A DNA stretch of 64,000 nucleotides from Paraspadella gotoi (taxonomy: Eukaryota > Animalia > Chaetognatha). Position numbers and translations under genes: made by a program. A model generated the notes under the pieces. That model did not search any database, had not been told where the DNA came from, and saw only the letters and a list, made by a program, of their open reading frames with translations. The DNA lies in the NCBI GenBank assembly GCA_051294375.1, contig CM119267.1, positions 11,299,865 to 11,363,864 of the forward strand. The letters are read 5' to 3'. This document shows positions 1 through 12,744 of the stretch, one piece after another (the stretch's first letter is position 1; the number at the start of each line of letters is the position of its first letter).

Positions 1-99
1 GATCTTCCGGCAAAGGTCCCTCTAAAATCTAGCCTCTAAAAAAAATCGTGACTAGAGAAGGCTCCAACGTGACTCAGACTTCAGACTATGTGTTTTTAA

Positions 100-1270
100 A
101 TTAAGTTGTGTATATTGCGAAAAGCGATTTAGTAAGAAGTTTGACTTTGACGCACACCTAAGGATTCAACACCGGCTCGAAAAGCCTTTCCGCTGCAGCG
201 CTTGTGTCGAAAAGGTTTTCGCTCAGAAGAGTAACGTGAAAAGAGCACCTTTCTTCCCACAAGGTCTGGCCGAACGGCCGGTCTTCTCTCCCTCATAATC
301 TCTTTGCTGACACGAAGCGGTCAATCTTTGGCTAGAACGTGATCACTTCCTATTTTTTTGCCAGTATTGCGATGAAAGGTTTTTCCAAATTGGCCCCAAG
401 CTGTCTCGCATTTTAGCGATAAAGCACGAAAGACGAACAATTTTCAAGATGGCAGAGTCGTTCAGTGTGCAACAGATACTTTCAAAAAAAAACTGGAAGA
501 TTTTTTTAAACCATCTTTAAGGAACACGACCCCCCCGACGGAATTGAAGTTTCGCTGCGGATAAATGCGATTTAATGCTGGATTCCTTACTGAAATTGAA
601 ATACACCGGAGTCATACATAATATTATTCCCATCATCTGAAGAATCTTTGAATACAAAATTTTCTTGGCGCAAAATGTAAACAAAAGTTTTTCGTCGGCA
701 AAAGTCATTAAAGGAACATGCAGAATTCCTTCTCTCATGTTATTTCCTTGCAAAACGAGTGGTTCGGATAAGTTTTTTTCATCTCAAAGTATGTCTGAGG
801 AAGCACCTCCGGTGAGCAGCAACGCCAGTCGATCAAGCCATACATGCGATTTTTGCGGGAAGAGCTTTAAGTCAAAATCAATCCTGGCGTCACATTTACA
901 CAGACTCATGGACTTCGGTCTACGAATGCCGAGGATTCAAAGTTGTAAGAGACATTTTAAAAAAGAAAAGATCGAATTGAGTCGGCATAGATAACGCATC
1001 ACGACGCAGATTTCATTGCTCCACACTCAGCAATCTGCTCTCGAAATTTTCGCGCGACGGGATCAACTCGCTTACCACCTTAAGAACTGCGGATGGCAGT
1101 TTACCGCCCTTGGAAGTGTCGGATTTGCGGAAAGGATTCCTGAGCAAAAGCCACTTAAACGAACACGTGAATCAGACCCATAAAGGTAGCAGAAAATATC
1201 AAGTGTTTCCGCCTGCGATCGAAAACTTTTAAGACGCAGTCAGTTGGAAAATCAACCTATGTGTCCCCGA
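100..1270 (+). pseudogene. Multi-C2H2 zinc-finger gene fragment, frameshifted (pseudogene or sequencing errors)
   Basis: HTCDFCGKSFKSKSILASHLHR in ORF 665-994; other broken fingers, e.g. YCEKRF...EKPFRCSAC (110-205) and C..CGKGFLSKSHLNEH (~1115-1167). Confidence 0.75.
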
Positions 1271-3128
1271 CTTCCGGATCGGTAAATCTTCGACGTTGAT
1301 CGGAAGCCTCGAATTAATGCGCCCGAAGAGACGCACAGAGCGGAAGGCTAATAAGCGGTCCGGTTGATTTTTGCGGAGCGGGAGAAAAAAACGAGGACCC
1401 ACCGAAGAGGATAAGCGATTTCTATAGATTTTTGACGACTTTTTCGTAGGGTTAGCTTTCGGATTAGATAAAAATTATTAATTCTTTCACTCACAGTGCT
1501 GCGGCAGATAGTTATCAATGCGACCTAGCCAGCTTGATTTGTTGTACGATTTTGTAATTTTTTTAGGCGGACTGAGAACATTTCTGTCAACAATGCTTAT
1601 ATTCTTGCTTACCAAACTGCAACTCATCTTCAAACCGTTCTTATTCAGAGAACGTTTTTTCTGCGAATTTTTTATTTGTAGGATTGATGGACTTTGTATT
1701 GTAAATAAATATTTTCATTTCTTTTCTCTGACTCTTTATTGATTATATTTTATTTTTGCTATACCTTTCCAGCCGAGTCGACACTTTGGACCGTTTCCAA
1801 GCGTCATTGTCAACTAAAGTGGCCCTTGTTCTTTCCGTTGTGGCGTCTTACGACGGAGCGAGGTCCACGAGAGCCTCATGCATTGCCTCGTTCACCTTTC
1901 GCGGACTGTGGCGCTGAAGTCACTATGTTCGCCGCCCGATGGCCCCACAGATGCACGTGATCATCACACCAAGGGGGAGCCAATGGAGGGCCCATCAGCG
2001 GAAACGCCATGGTGGAGGCAAGGCTCGAATCGCGCGTGGAAGATTCCCCATTGAAAAGAACTTAGAGGCGGCCAATTTCGGACGCAGTCGTTTTTCCCTG
2101 CGTGGTTTTGGGAAAGCCGCGAAAAAAATTTATCTGATTTTCGCTGTGAAGGCGTCCGAAATGTCGACTCGTCCCGACACGGAGCGTGTTCAAATGAATT
2201 TCACGGGGACGGGAAGAAACCTATTGAGGACTTTGTTGCACGCGCCATATTTTGCGGGCGGAAGGCGTGCCTGGAATTGAGCCTCACAATGGGCGGTGAG
2301 GACGAGCAGAGGTGAAAAGTGGCCCTACGCTTGGCGCTATATATGAGGCGGGGCCCCAAAAAGGGGCCGCGCCCCTGTTGGGGGAGCGAAGTTTTAAAAC
2401 CATTGGTTATGGCGGAAATGGACCGCGGACCGCAGCCACCATTATTAACAAAAAATAATAGGGTGGTAAAACCGGCGCCTGGCTTAACATGTGCGAAACC
2501 GCCGTACACGAGAATATTTTGATGGAATCGGTAAAATGTATTCGAAGCTCGTGCTCAAAATTAGCCAAATGATTTCGCTAAATTATTTTTTTTGCGTATA
2601 AAACGATTCTTTTATCTCCTGGTTGTTAAAATGTTTTACCCCATTTTTCGTGATACGTCATATTTTTATTATATGATAGTGATACTATAAAACATATTTT
2701 ATTTTGACGGAGCTTATTTTATTTTTTAATTAAACAGTAATCGAACAAACATGTAAAAAATTTAAACTTTGTTTAAAGATTTTAATGTAATTGAGTCTCT
2801 AAGCAAGTTCGTTTTAGAGCTGGAAACTGGTGAACAAAGATGTCACTTAAAAATACTTACTCTTGGTTGTCTTGTATGAGATTCATCATTTAAAGATCAT
2901 GACCGGAGGATAGCGACCCAAGGCTACCAAAACTTCGTTGCGAAAGTTGGAAAATTGGGGGAAAGCGAGTGAAAAATGGAAGAGCTATAATTCTGGAGGA
3001 GAACAATCGGCGACAGCTACAGGTTTTATATAAGAATTAACGGAATAAAAATTGAATGATGTATGAAATGCGTAATTGATTTCTTATACGTTTACCAGTT
3101 GGTTTTTTATCCAAATCTGCGTTTTTTC

Positions 3129-4620
3129 ATGAAGATGTTGAAAGTCTCTGTACTGCGCGTTTCGAAAAATACTAAGGCGACGCCACCGACGGAAATCATT
3201 CATAGGTAGGGCGAGAAAGTTTAACATCACCATTAAAATTAAATGGATTTATTAGTTTTAATTGCAATGCGTAAGCGCTTTAATTTAACTGTCATTTGTA
3301 ATTTGGCCTGGTTTTTTATTTGTATTTTCTATTTATTTTATTTCTTGATAGGGAAACTCCAAACTACATTACTTGATATATTTTATTATTTTATTATTAA
3401 TTAGCGGTCATTTTCATGCGTGAGCGAGATCGAGGAAGAAAGTGGCGAATCTGAGGACAGTTCGCTTCAGGACAAAATGGTCATCGCAGTGGAAGAGGAG
3501 TGTTCCGTCTCTGTCACTGATTCCGGCCGAATGGTAGGCAATACATACATTTAGTTTTTAAAGAATATTGCGAGACTAATACAATTATAAGAGTATTCCC
3601 TAGTGTCAACGAGTCCCGAAATTATAGGTGCGGTTTTTTTCCGCGAAGAAGAGCAAAGGCCTTGTCGTCGATAACAGGAAAATTTCATTCAAAGTGTGAC
3701 GGATTCAACATGAGCTCTTCTGCCGGGTGCATATTTTCACATCGCAAATCTATCACGATCGATGGGTATGAAGCCCCTTCTTGTTTTTGAAAAAATATCT
3801 ATTATTTTATCATAACTATATTTCTCAATTCCTTGCCCTCTTCTTTTAGGTATCCTTACAAAATTGTTCAAACACATGTCTTTGGCGTATTAGTGGAAAA
3901 ATTACTTTCGCCTAAATGAAACAATTACAGCGGACTCATAGAGAATGATGGCTGAAGGATAAAATTTCGTTATTCTTAACAAAATGTTATTTTGGCTGTA
4001 GCTTTTGGCACACTTCAGGTAATATATTAAACGTTTCGGACAATATTGTTTGGAATTTGTTTAAATTTCAGATGGAAATAACTCCAATTTCTATCTATTC
4101 AGTACATAAATAATTTCAAAAGCCAAATAGCAGTGTCCATGTTTGCGGACGCTTTGGATTTGGAAGCATAGATCATCAAAAAGCCAGCAGGGCCGTTGTT
4201 CTGGAGGGAAAATACTGGAAGGAGACGGCGCTGATGGTGCCATCGTTTTGAGAAGAATATAATAAAATGGCGAATCTATAGCTATTCGGCTCAACGCGAA
4301 ATTTCTAACTTCCTTTTTGGATGTTGACGCGGTCATCGCCAGCGCAGAAGAATTCCTCCAACCGAAGCAACGAAAACTTTAATCTTTCTTTGGTGATATT
4401 ATAGATAATATACAATTAATTTTTTATTTTTACTTTTACTAGGTTTACTTGAGAATTTTTCTACAGACGGATGGAAATTGATGGGAGCTTCTTGATCGCG
4501 TTTGAACTGGGAAGTACGATAAGACGCCCGTATGCTCACTCGGCCAAATTGGCAGGAACAGCTGGCGTGACACCAATGTGCAGACGGTTGACGGGGATTA
4601 TATGCAATGATGGACTTTAC
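3129..4620 (+). CDS. MondoA/ChREBP (MLXIP/MLXIPL-like) N-terminal Mondo conserved regions; indel-damaged, no bHLH-ZIP visible
   Basis: Spliced motifs EIIHS|GHF(M)VSE (3195-3430), SITID|..LTKLFKHMSLAY-SGKIT-SPK (3749-3918) and AVVLEGKYWK...EEYNKWRIY (4192-4279) match Mondo MCR I-IV; the end coordinate is approximate. Confidence 0.8.
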
Positions 4621-4728
4621 CGGTTTGTTTTATGACGTTATATTTCAATTCTGCAGAAACTAATCACAACTATATTAAATTGATACCGTGACTAAACAAG
4701 ACTAAACAACAACAAAACTTAAGAAAGA

Positions 4729-4761
<33 letters not shown>

Positions 4762-4793
4762 TGAGAAGGGAACGGAGATTCCATGTTCACAGT

Positions 4794-7700
4794 TTATTCT
4801 TCCGAGATTAATTCCTTCGGGTATCCAGTCAGGATCGGAAGCGGGTGAGCCTCCGTGTTGAAAACCTGTTAAGATCATCACAAACTACTGATTGTTTAAT
4901 ATAATACCAGTCATTTACTTACCCCCCACCGCACTCACCCACTGATCGAGCGGAAGGGCGTCGTCTTCGGAGAAGATGAGGTAGAGATACTTGAGAGTCT
5001 CCGCGAGGAAGAAGGTCTGCTGAAGGTCGTCCAGCGGGGGATCGGTGGAATAGACCGTCGAGATGCCCGAGAACCCGTGAGGAGTTCGGCAATACTTTTC
5101 AAGGGACTGGGAGGGCGACAAGCNNNNNNNNNNNNNNNNNNNNNNNNNGACGAGAGATTGTTTGGGATTGATGTATGTTGGTGTGTAGGTTTGTTATGTA
5201 TGTTGGATAGAGTAGAATTTTATTTTGGGGAGTATGATGTAAAAGAGCAGCTATTAAAAAATAGAAGAGAAGATCTGTATGGAGGAGTTCATAAGAGGGA
5301 TGAAGAATATAAAAAAAGATGATAGTAGTAAAAGGAGAGAAGCAAGTATTATCATCCATGCAATCTTAGTATATCGATAATTTAGTCAATTCAGATGTAC
5401 TTCTAACATAGTTAATATTTTCTGTGTGTCTAAATTTAGATAGAATTTAGCTATCCAAGAAATCATAATCAAACGAGAGTAAATTATATAGTACAAAGGA
5501 GATAGTATTAATTACTACTATATCTTTATATTTAAAACTTAAATTGATACCGTGACTAAACAACTAACAAAAACTTTTAAAGAAATAGAAAAGAGAGAGA
5601 GTTTTAGTATGATGTAGAGCTGACTGAGAGAGATCAAGAGAGCAGTAAGAGATAGAGGAGGGAAGGGAGATTAGCTCTATTGTAAGTACATGAGATTAAA
5701 AAAATTTATCATATGTATAGTAATATTGTAAAGTTTTTATCTTTCCTGAGAAGAGAGCATACATATCTTAATAGCGTATTATAAGCAAATCGAATTTTTT
5801 CTAAGTAAAGATAGATATTCGTCTTGTGTGAGCGCTGCAGAAGTTAGATTCTCGATAAGGAGCACTATAAGAGAGTGTTGATAACCACCACAACGCACTC
5901 ACCTGATCTATTTGGAATTTTTTAAATTATTAAATAGTAAAATATTCCTCTATGTTGTAATATTGGCTTTATTTTAGCCTATTTAGCCTGTGGATTTTGG
6001 CAAATTGTACTAGTATCCCGGGCACACTCGTAATGCGCTCACTATCCTTGTTTTTATGCACGCTCAACTTGTATTACACGCATGCTCGGTGCCAGATTGT
6101 GGCGCTCTTCTCGAGTTGTTGTTAGAGTATTGAGGTTTAGAGAGAGATAATCATTTCATCTTAGAGAAGCCTCATCACAGAGTAAGATGAAGTTGTTCCT
6201 GCATAATTGGGTCGCTTAGCAAGAGGCAGCGAAGTCCCCGCGAATAGAGTTGTGAGTAATAGAGAAAGAATATTACATGACCGTTCCAGAAGTAGATATG
6301 CACACGTGATTTGATACCTCCAGTGAGATCATTTTCGTGTTCAATATTAGCTCTTTGTATCACGAGAGGACTTCGCGGAGGTCTTTCCATCCATATATCC
6401 TCTTCTCGTCATGCGTACAAACAAAACAAGCTCGAGAACGCTAAACACCACTTACTTTCGACCGTCTGAGACCACGGTGTGGCCTAGAACGCGCGTGATA
6501 ATCGACCAATACAAGAAGACACGTAATCTCAGTGGAATATTCAACACACGCGTGAACACGGGAACACTTCTGAGATCGACCAGGGAAACGCGACCGAATT
6601 CAGGCATGCATGCGAGAGAGTGTGGAGCGCGTTCTCTGGTGAGTCACGAACGCACAACAGGAGAGACAACAAAGATTCAACCACTTCAGGTCATACAGAT
6701 TGAGGCTAGAATGAGTATAGAGAGTGCTTATATAAGAAGAATACTATCGAATTGTCAATGACATGTATTGTTGCACATCCTCGATATGACGATGATAATT
6801 ATTGCGAGCATGATGAATGAATGAAACAGAATAGGAAATTGTGTAAGTGTAGATGAATGAACTGGAAACGAAAAGTGCGAGAAATAGAAACACACTAAAG
6901 GAGAAAGTGATAAAGGAAAGATGCTATAAGTGCCAGAGTGGCTAAACGAGAAGAGCATGTCGAAGAATGGAAAGGACACCGATGGAGAGCCGAAGGGTAA
7001 AAGCAGCCAATCCGGCCGCAGATTCCGAGCGATAAGGCAACACTAGGTATATAAGAGATAGAGAGAATCGAGAAATCGAATAGGTAGAAACAGGAAAATA
7101 TCGAAGATAAGTGAAACTGAATTGAAAACATGTATATATGGGGACTAATGTAAATACACACGTCGGGAGAAACGTAACGGAAAACAAAAGAGAACCTGCC
7201 CTGTAGGTACGGGAAAGTGGGTCCAGCGAACGTACGACGCGGGATTTCCCTGAGCGATGTTTCCGTCCACCGAGTGCCGTGGGATGCTTGGAGCCGTCTG
7301 GCGGGGCGCCCGAGAAGGCGGAACATTGCCGCGAAGAACGCGAGGGCCCAGAGGGTGACTGCATGGGTGGAGGGTGCCGAAGCGGATGTCGCGATAGGTC
7401 AACGGTCCGCGGACGTAAAGGAGATGAAGACAGGGTGCTGCGTGGCAACAAAAACCACATGAAGGAACGATTAGCAAATCTGGACACTATTTATGAGCGA
7501 AAAAGGCGCAGGGGGGACCAGTTGAGAGAGTGGAGGACGCAAACTCCGCGAAACGTATTGCGTACTCTGCGTCGTCGTACATCCGTCTGCCTGCTCGATC
7601 CCTTTCGTCCGGTTTGGATCCCAGGATTTTAAGAGATATTTCGTCAAGAAACGAGTCCGCCCTGCAGCGCCTGCAAGAGGTAGGAGATGGATTGTAATTA

Positions 7701-10700
7701 CTATGAAAAAATGAAAACCTTTACGAAGAAAAAAAAATGAAATGAAATTTTATAAAAACAATCAGACTAACCAATTGAAAAGATTCTGAAGTATTGAATT
7801 TTCCGCTATTCGTAATCAATGCGAGTAGGGTATAAAACCTGTATAAACCTTTTAACTGAAATAGAAACATTTCCTGTTAAAACAATTTTATCTTTTCGAA
7901 ATTCCAGAAACTTTAAGTTTAAGTTTTACGAAAATAAAATTTGCTGAATACTTTCGGTAGGTTATCCAGATGATTCCGAATCTTTCTAACTTTTTTCGCG
8001 TAGACTGGGTTCTTCGTGATGTTGCTGAGATATACAAATTCAAGATGCAGCGTGCCAGTTTCAGCGAGGCTGGTTCCGTCAAAATCTTCTGCAAAGACAA
8101 TCGAAACCAATATGTGGTTCAATTAAACTCTGAGGACGAGCATCAACATTCAACGTTAGTCATTACCATCTAATGACTCCCCATTCATGAGATGCACGTA
8201 CGGCATAGGGATACCTTAGATTTGAAATATTTTTTTAAAAAGAATTTCAAACGAATATTTAACAAACTAAAATATATTAAGCATGGAAAACAGTTTACGC
8301 CTCTTATCATAGCTACGTATATATATAATTTAATCACGAGTAAAAACTAACCTTTGGGAGTTTCAAATGCAGGTAACAGTTTATTAGCCATTTCCTCGGC
8401 TTTCTTTTTAAACGTCTGTGGACATGAGGAATGAGGATATTTTCATATGAGTAGTGTTTTTAAGCGAAAGAACAATCGCCGAACCTTGTAGCCAGTCATG
8501 GCGTAGGCGCTCAACAGTCCACCGACGATTCTGATGTTCGTTTCAAAAACGGAAACCGTCTCGTCGTAATCGAAATGCAATTCCTCCGCCACCCATCGGT
8601 GAGCCTTGGAGAATTCCCTGAAAAAAAACAAACAAAATAGCATCGAAAAGATCTGGCCGACGACTCTTAGTGGATCATCGGTCTCACTTATCGAGTCCCA
8701 TGAGATAAAGGGTGGACAGTGAGTCGATGATGGTCGCCCCAAGTTTAGCATTGCCGAAAACGCCTCTTTATTAATAATAATAAGAAAAAAAATTACAAGA
8801 TAAATTGTTTTTCCCTTAAAACTTATCACGAGAGCTCGACAACTTTCTTTACGGAAATTTGAGAAAAATAAACAAGATTGTGGGATGATTTTTTTACCCA
8901 GAGGAATTTTTGGAGACGGGCAAAAGAGCATTTTCTCCCCATGCGAATTTTTCGTAATTATTCCAGGCGAAAAGCATCATCTAAAAAGCAGACGAAATGC
9001 ATTGAATCATTGAGGAAGGGATAAATCATTATAAATGTTTTAAACTTGAACATTTTAAAAGATAATTTACGAACCTCTTTGACTTTGTTTCTTTTTTCCA
9101 AGATCGATGGGGACTTTGGCCTGGAACCTCTTAAAGCTTTCCTCGCGGCAAAATCTCTCTCTTTGTGCTTGGAGTGCTCTGCCAAGCAAAAAGGCAAAAT
9201 ACAGCATAATTGAACACAATATTTGATGATGCAAGGATCAAGATATTACTCTGCGATTGTATTTAAGTTGATAATTAATCCACTAAACTGTTATTTGTGT
9301 AAGTATTACTTAATTAAGATAAGATTTTTTTGTATCTTATAAGTCACTTCACTTGAGTCGGAGGTGGACTGTCGCTTAGCAGTGTCCGTAGGATCAGGAT
9401 CAAGCTCTGCCAGAAAAAGAATGACATAAGTCGACGAGGTCAAGAGGCACGAACAAAACCGAAGAAACCTTTTTCGTCGTGCGATCTTCCGATTATGAAA
9501 CCGAATAACAAAATAGAAACCAACAGAGAGGCGGACAAAATGTTCTGCCAAAAAGATTTCCTCATAATTCAGTTTTAATAGGGTTTAGTAAAATCGATGG
9601 AAAAGATCACGATTTTTCATGTCTGTTCAGTGGCCGTCGGATCGAAATCCCTATTGAGTAAAAATAAAAATTGATTTTAACGCAAACTTTCGAAATTCAA
9701 TGTTGGACGGAGAAAAGTATTTCATCTGACTGTATAGAAAAAAGCTGTTCTTTTTTTTTTTTGCTTTGGTCTTGTTAACACAATAATTTATTGTATTGAA
9801 GCTAGGGGTTTGAACTCAATGGCAAAATAGGGTTATCATTAAATTTTTCAATACCGAACGAAAGAAACTTCTTTTGCTTCATGTTCTTGTCTCGCGATCT
9901 CTTCCTATTCCATCAAATTCCTTCACCTCTCATGCAGATCCGACAATAAGTGTCACTTTCTGATTGAATGACATCCTCTAAGCCGTCGCGACCCGGGAAC
10001 GAATCCTTGGAACGACGTTCCCCCACCAAACAAAAAACTCCCCTCGGGCGAAAGAGCTCGCGAGCCCGAAGTAATCCCACGCTGAGAAAAAGAGATACGG
10101 GTCATACCTTGGTCTTGTACCGTTTCGACGTCCATCGCTTGTTTTTGTCACTCACGAATGGGTTGTTTGAACTGAACTGACAAAAAGACCGAATGAAATC
10201 TAATATTGACGAATTTGAAAGGGGGGGGATTGTCTTTCGGGTGGTCGGAGGGTCTCCTGCCTAATCAAGCGGTTTTAATTGATTTCGAACGTTTTAAGAA
10301 CTCTCTCACAGATTGTAAAAAGAAGCTTACATAATATACACAGCACTAAATAGTTCTTTGATTTTTTTTCCAGTTTCGTTTTGTAAGTGTTTTTTTTTTG
10401 CCTAAAAGGATCTATAAATCAAAAAGTAGTTTTTAATGTCAGGGTTAAGGTTGCCGCCTTCAAAACGCTCGAAGATCAAAACAATTTTTCTCCTCGAAGC
10501 GTCGAAATCCTAGGAGCGACACCTGTTGCCGACCAAACGTAAGAAAATACTTAATTTGCACCTGTCAAGAAAGATTCTTTCTACGCTGTCGCACTTCGTG
10601 GCGAACGATCGCTTCGAGTCAACACTCAACAATCGAGCTTGAAAAAGATAAATATCATAATTAATTCAAATTATTAAAACTTTCCAAAATAAAATTCTTG

Positions 10701-10790
10701 ATAAAATAAATTAAATACGTATGTGCTGAAAAAGACCGAAAGAGAAGACGAGGACGACCAAAACATGTACTATCGTGCTGTGCTACGCAT
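4794..10790 (-). CDS. Class I alpha-1,2-mannosidase (GH47, Golgi MAN1A-like), multi-exon; middle exons lie in noisy sequence
   Basis: Exons MMLFAWNNYEKFAWGEN (~8900-8980), LGATIIDSLSTLYLMGL (~8690-8745), VSVFETNIRIVGGLLSAY (8485-8617), LLPAFETPK|GIPMPYVHL, SLAETGTLHLEF (~7955-8090), QQTFFLAETLKYLYLIFS (4939-5121) and VFNTEAHPLP-stop (4794-4865). The 5' start is uncertain because it needs a frameshift. Confidence 0.9.
5124..5148. other. Assembly gap (25 N)
   Basis: N run. Confidence 1.
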
Positions 10791-11423
10791 CTGAGCGTAG
10801 CAATCAATAACAAACAATCATTCTATTTCTGCCGATTCTGATTAATGTATTGTACGTGATTACCAACGAGTTAAATCAATTCTCATCAATATACTGCTGA
10901 AAAAAAAATTAATTGATTGGCTAGTAGGTTGGACCTCAGTAGCATTCATTAAGGGAAAAAAGTATTATGAATTATAGGGTACGTCAAAAAGTAGATCTTG
11001 TGAAACGAAAGACGAGGAATCGTGTGTATGCGACGATAGGATTGATTCGATTCGAGATGCCCAAAACTACGCCGCCCTAACGCCGGCGCCTCAGAGTGCA
11101 CTTCGTCAGAAAAGTGGTTGGCTGGTATCGTTTAGGACCGCGCCATTTTGGCTTTTGACGACAGTGGCTGGTCTCGCGCACGGCAAGGTGCTGCAACGAC
11201 CTGGCCGAAAAAAAGGGAAATCAAACTCCCGCGGGGGGGGATGGGGGAAGGAAAGTGGGGGATAGTAGGAAAACCTATTTATCGCGATCGTTTATCATTT
11301 ATTATTTTTTTTGTCAAAAAGCGGAAAACTATTTTTCAAAAGAGAAAAAGAAAAGAGTATGCTCGAGCGCCAGTTCGCGTATTCCCATTTATTTCATCTT
11401 ATTCTCTCTCTCTCTCTCTCTCG

Positions 11424-11461
<38 letters not shown>

Positions 11462-12744
11462 GCTCTCTCTCTCTCTCTCATCTCTCTCCCCGCAGGAAAA
11501 TCGACGTTGGTTTCGATTTACCTCATTTTTCTCCATTTTTTCTCAGTTATTTTCATTTCTTTATTCTTAACCATTTTTTCTTTGCTTCATTTTTTTCGTC
11601 GTCGCAGCTTCGCACGATTTCTCACGATTTCTTCGGGTGGGCGAAAAATACTTTTCGTGAATCCTCCTCTCTCTCTCCTTCTCTCTCTCTCTCTCTCTCC
11701 TCTGTCTCTCTCTCTCTCTCTGCTCTCTTCTCTCTCTTGTAATAGTTTAAATTCCTTCCAAAGCAAGTCATTCCTATGCGACGCTGATTGCACTTCCATT
11801 TTAAAACTATATCTCTCCCTCCTTTGGCAAACTAATTCCCTCTTTTCCCCTTGACTCTGAAAACCCATTAAACTTCCCATAACACTTTTCTTCTACTCAC
11901 GCCGTTCCACTCCTTACCGCCACCCTTTCTAACAATTTTCCCCTTTTTTCCCGACGCCCCGGCACTCTTCGCAATTAACCCGCTTTTCTTTCCGACCCCG
12001 GGTAATTTTTCCCAGTCATTAAATCCTTACGTCCGGCTCAGTCCATCTACTACGAAGTGTTTGACGATTCCCCGTCCGTCTATCAACTCCTTCATTGAGA
12101 CGTCACATCGTCCCGTTCCTACCGAGTCGTCCGCGCCGGGCCACGCCCCCATCCGGCCGGGGGGTGGTGGCGGGTGTGGAGCGAATTGAAGGGGGGTGTA
12201 GTCCTGGGAAGGCACAGTGTGATCGCTTGGACACGATAATGATGAAGAGGACGAGAACAATTCAGATTCCCGTCGTTCGTTAATGTCGATCGATTTTCAA
12301 AAGAGACAAGTGACGGACACGAGATTGTCCGAAACTTGTCCGACCGAAGTCGATCCATTCGACCCTTTTTTACAATTGAAGCGTTTTCTTAGTAGCGTTT
12401 GCTTACAGCAGTTGAGTTTTTTCATAATATTTTTATAATATTTTGTTAATTTCTTTAATGGAATAGAGCAAAAATCGAAAAATTGATATTAAGAGTTAAA
12501 TTTACATGTACATATACCCCGTGAGCCAAATCCGATGATACGAAAGAAAAATTAATTATACGTAAACTATATGCCAATACGAAAAAGTTATAACATCAAT
12601 TGAAAGAAAACTTTGGTTTCTGCTTACAAACCTTTCTCGTTCTAAATCACCAAAAGAAAAAAAATAAGATTTTATAGGTTGGAACCCTCGAACTGATTTT
12701 TTTTGAAGTTGTTAATGATAATTGATTAAAATAAAATTTATTCT

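Noticed and set aside
11148-11880. ORFs rich in SLSL/ERER (also at 16-17, 24.5, 32, 37 and 46-47 kb)
   Set aside because: Translations of AG/CT and ATTT microsatellites
12000-12360. Polypurine tract plus TGTAG as an LTR start
   Set aside because: Opposite orientation to the adjacent Gypsy and no second LTR copy found
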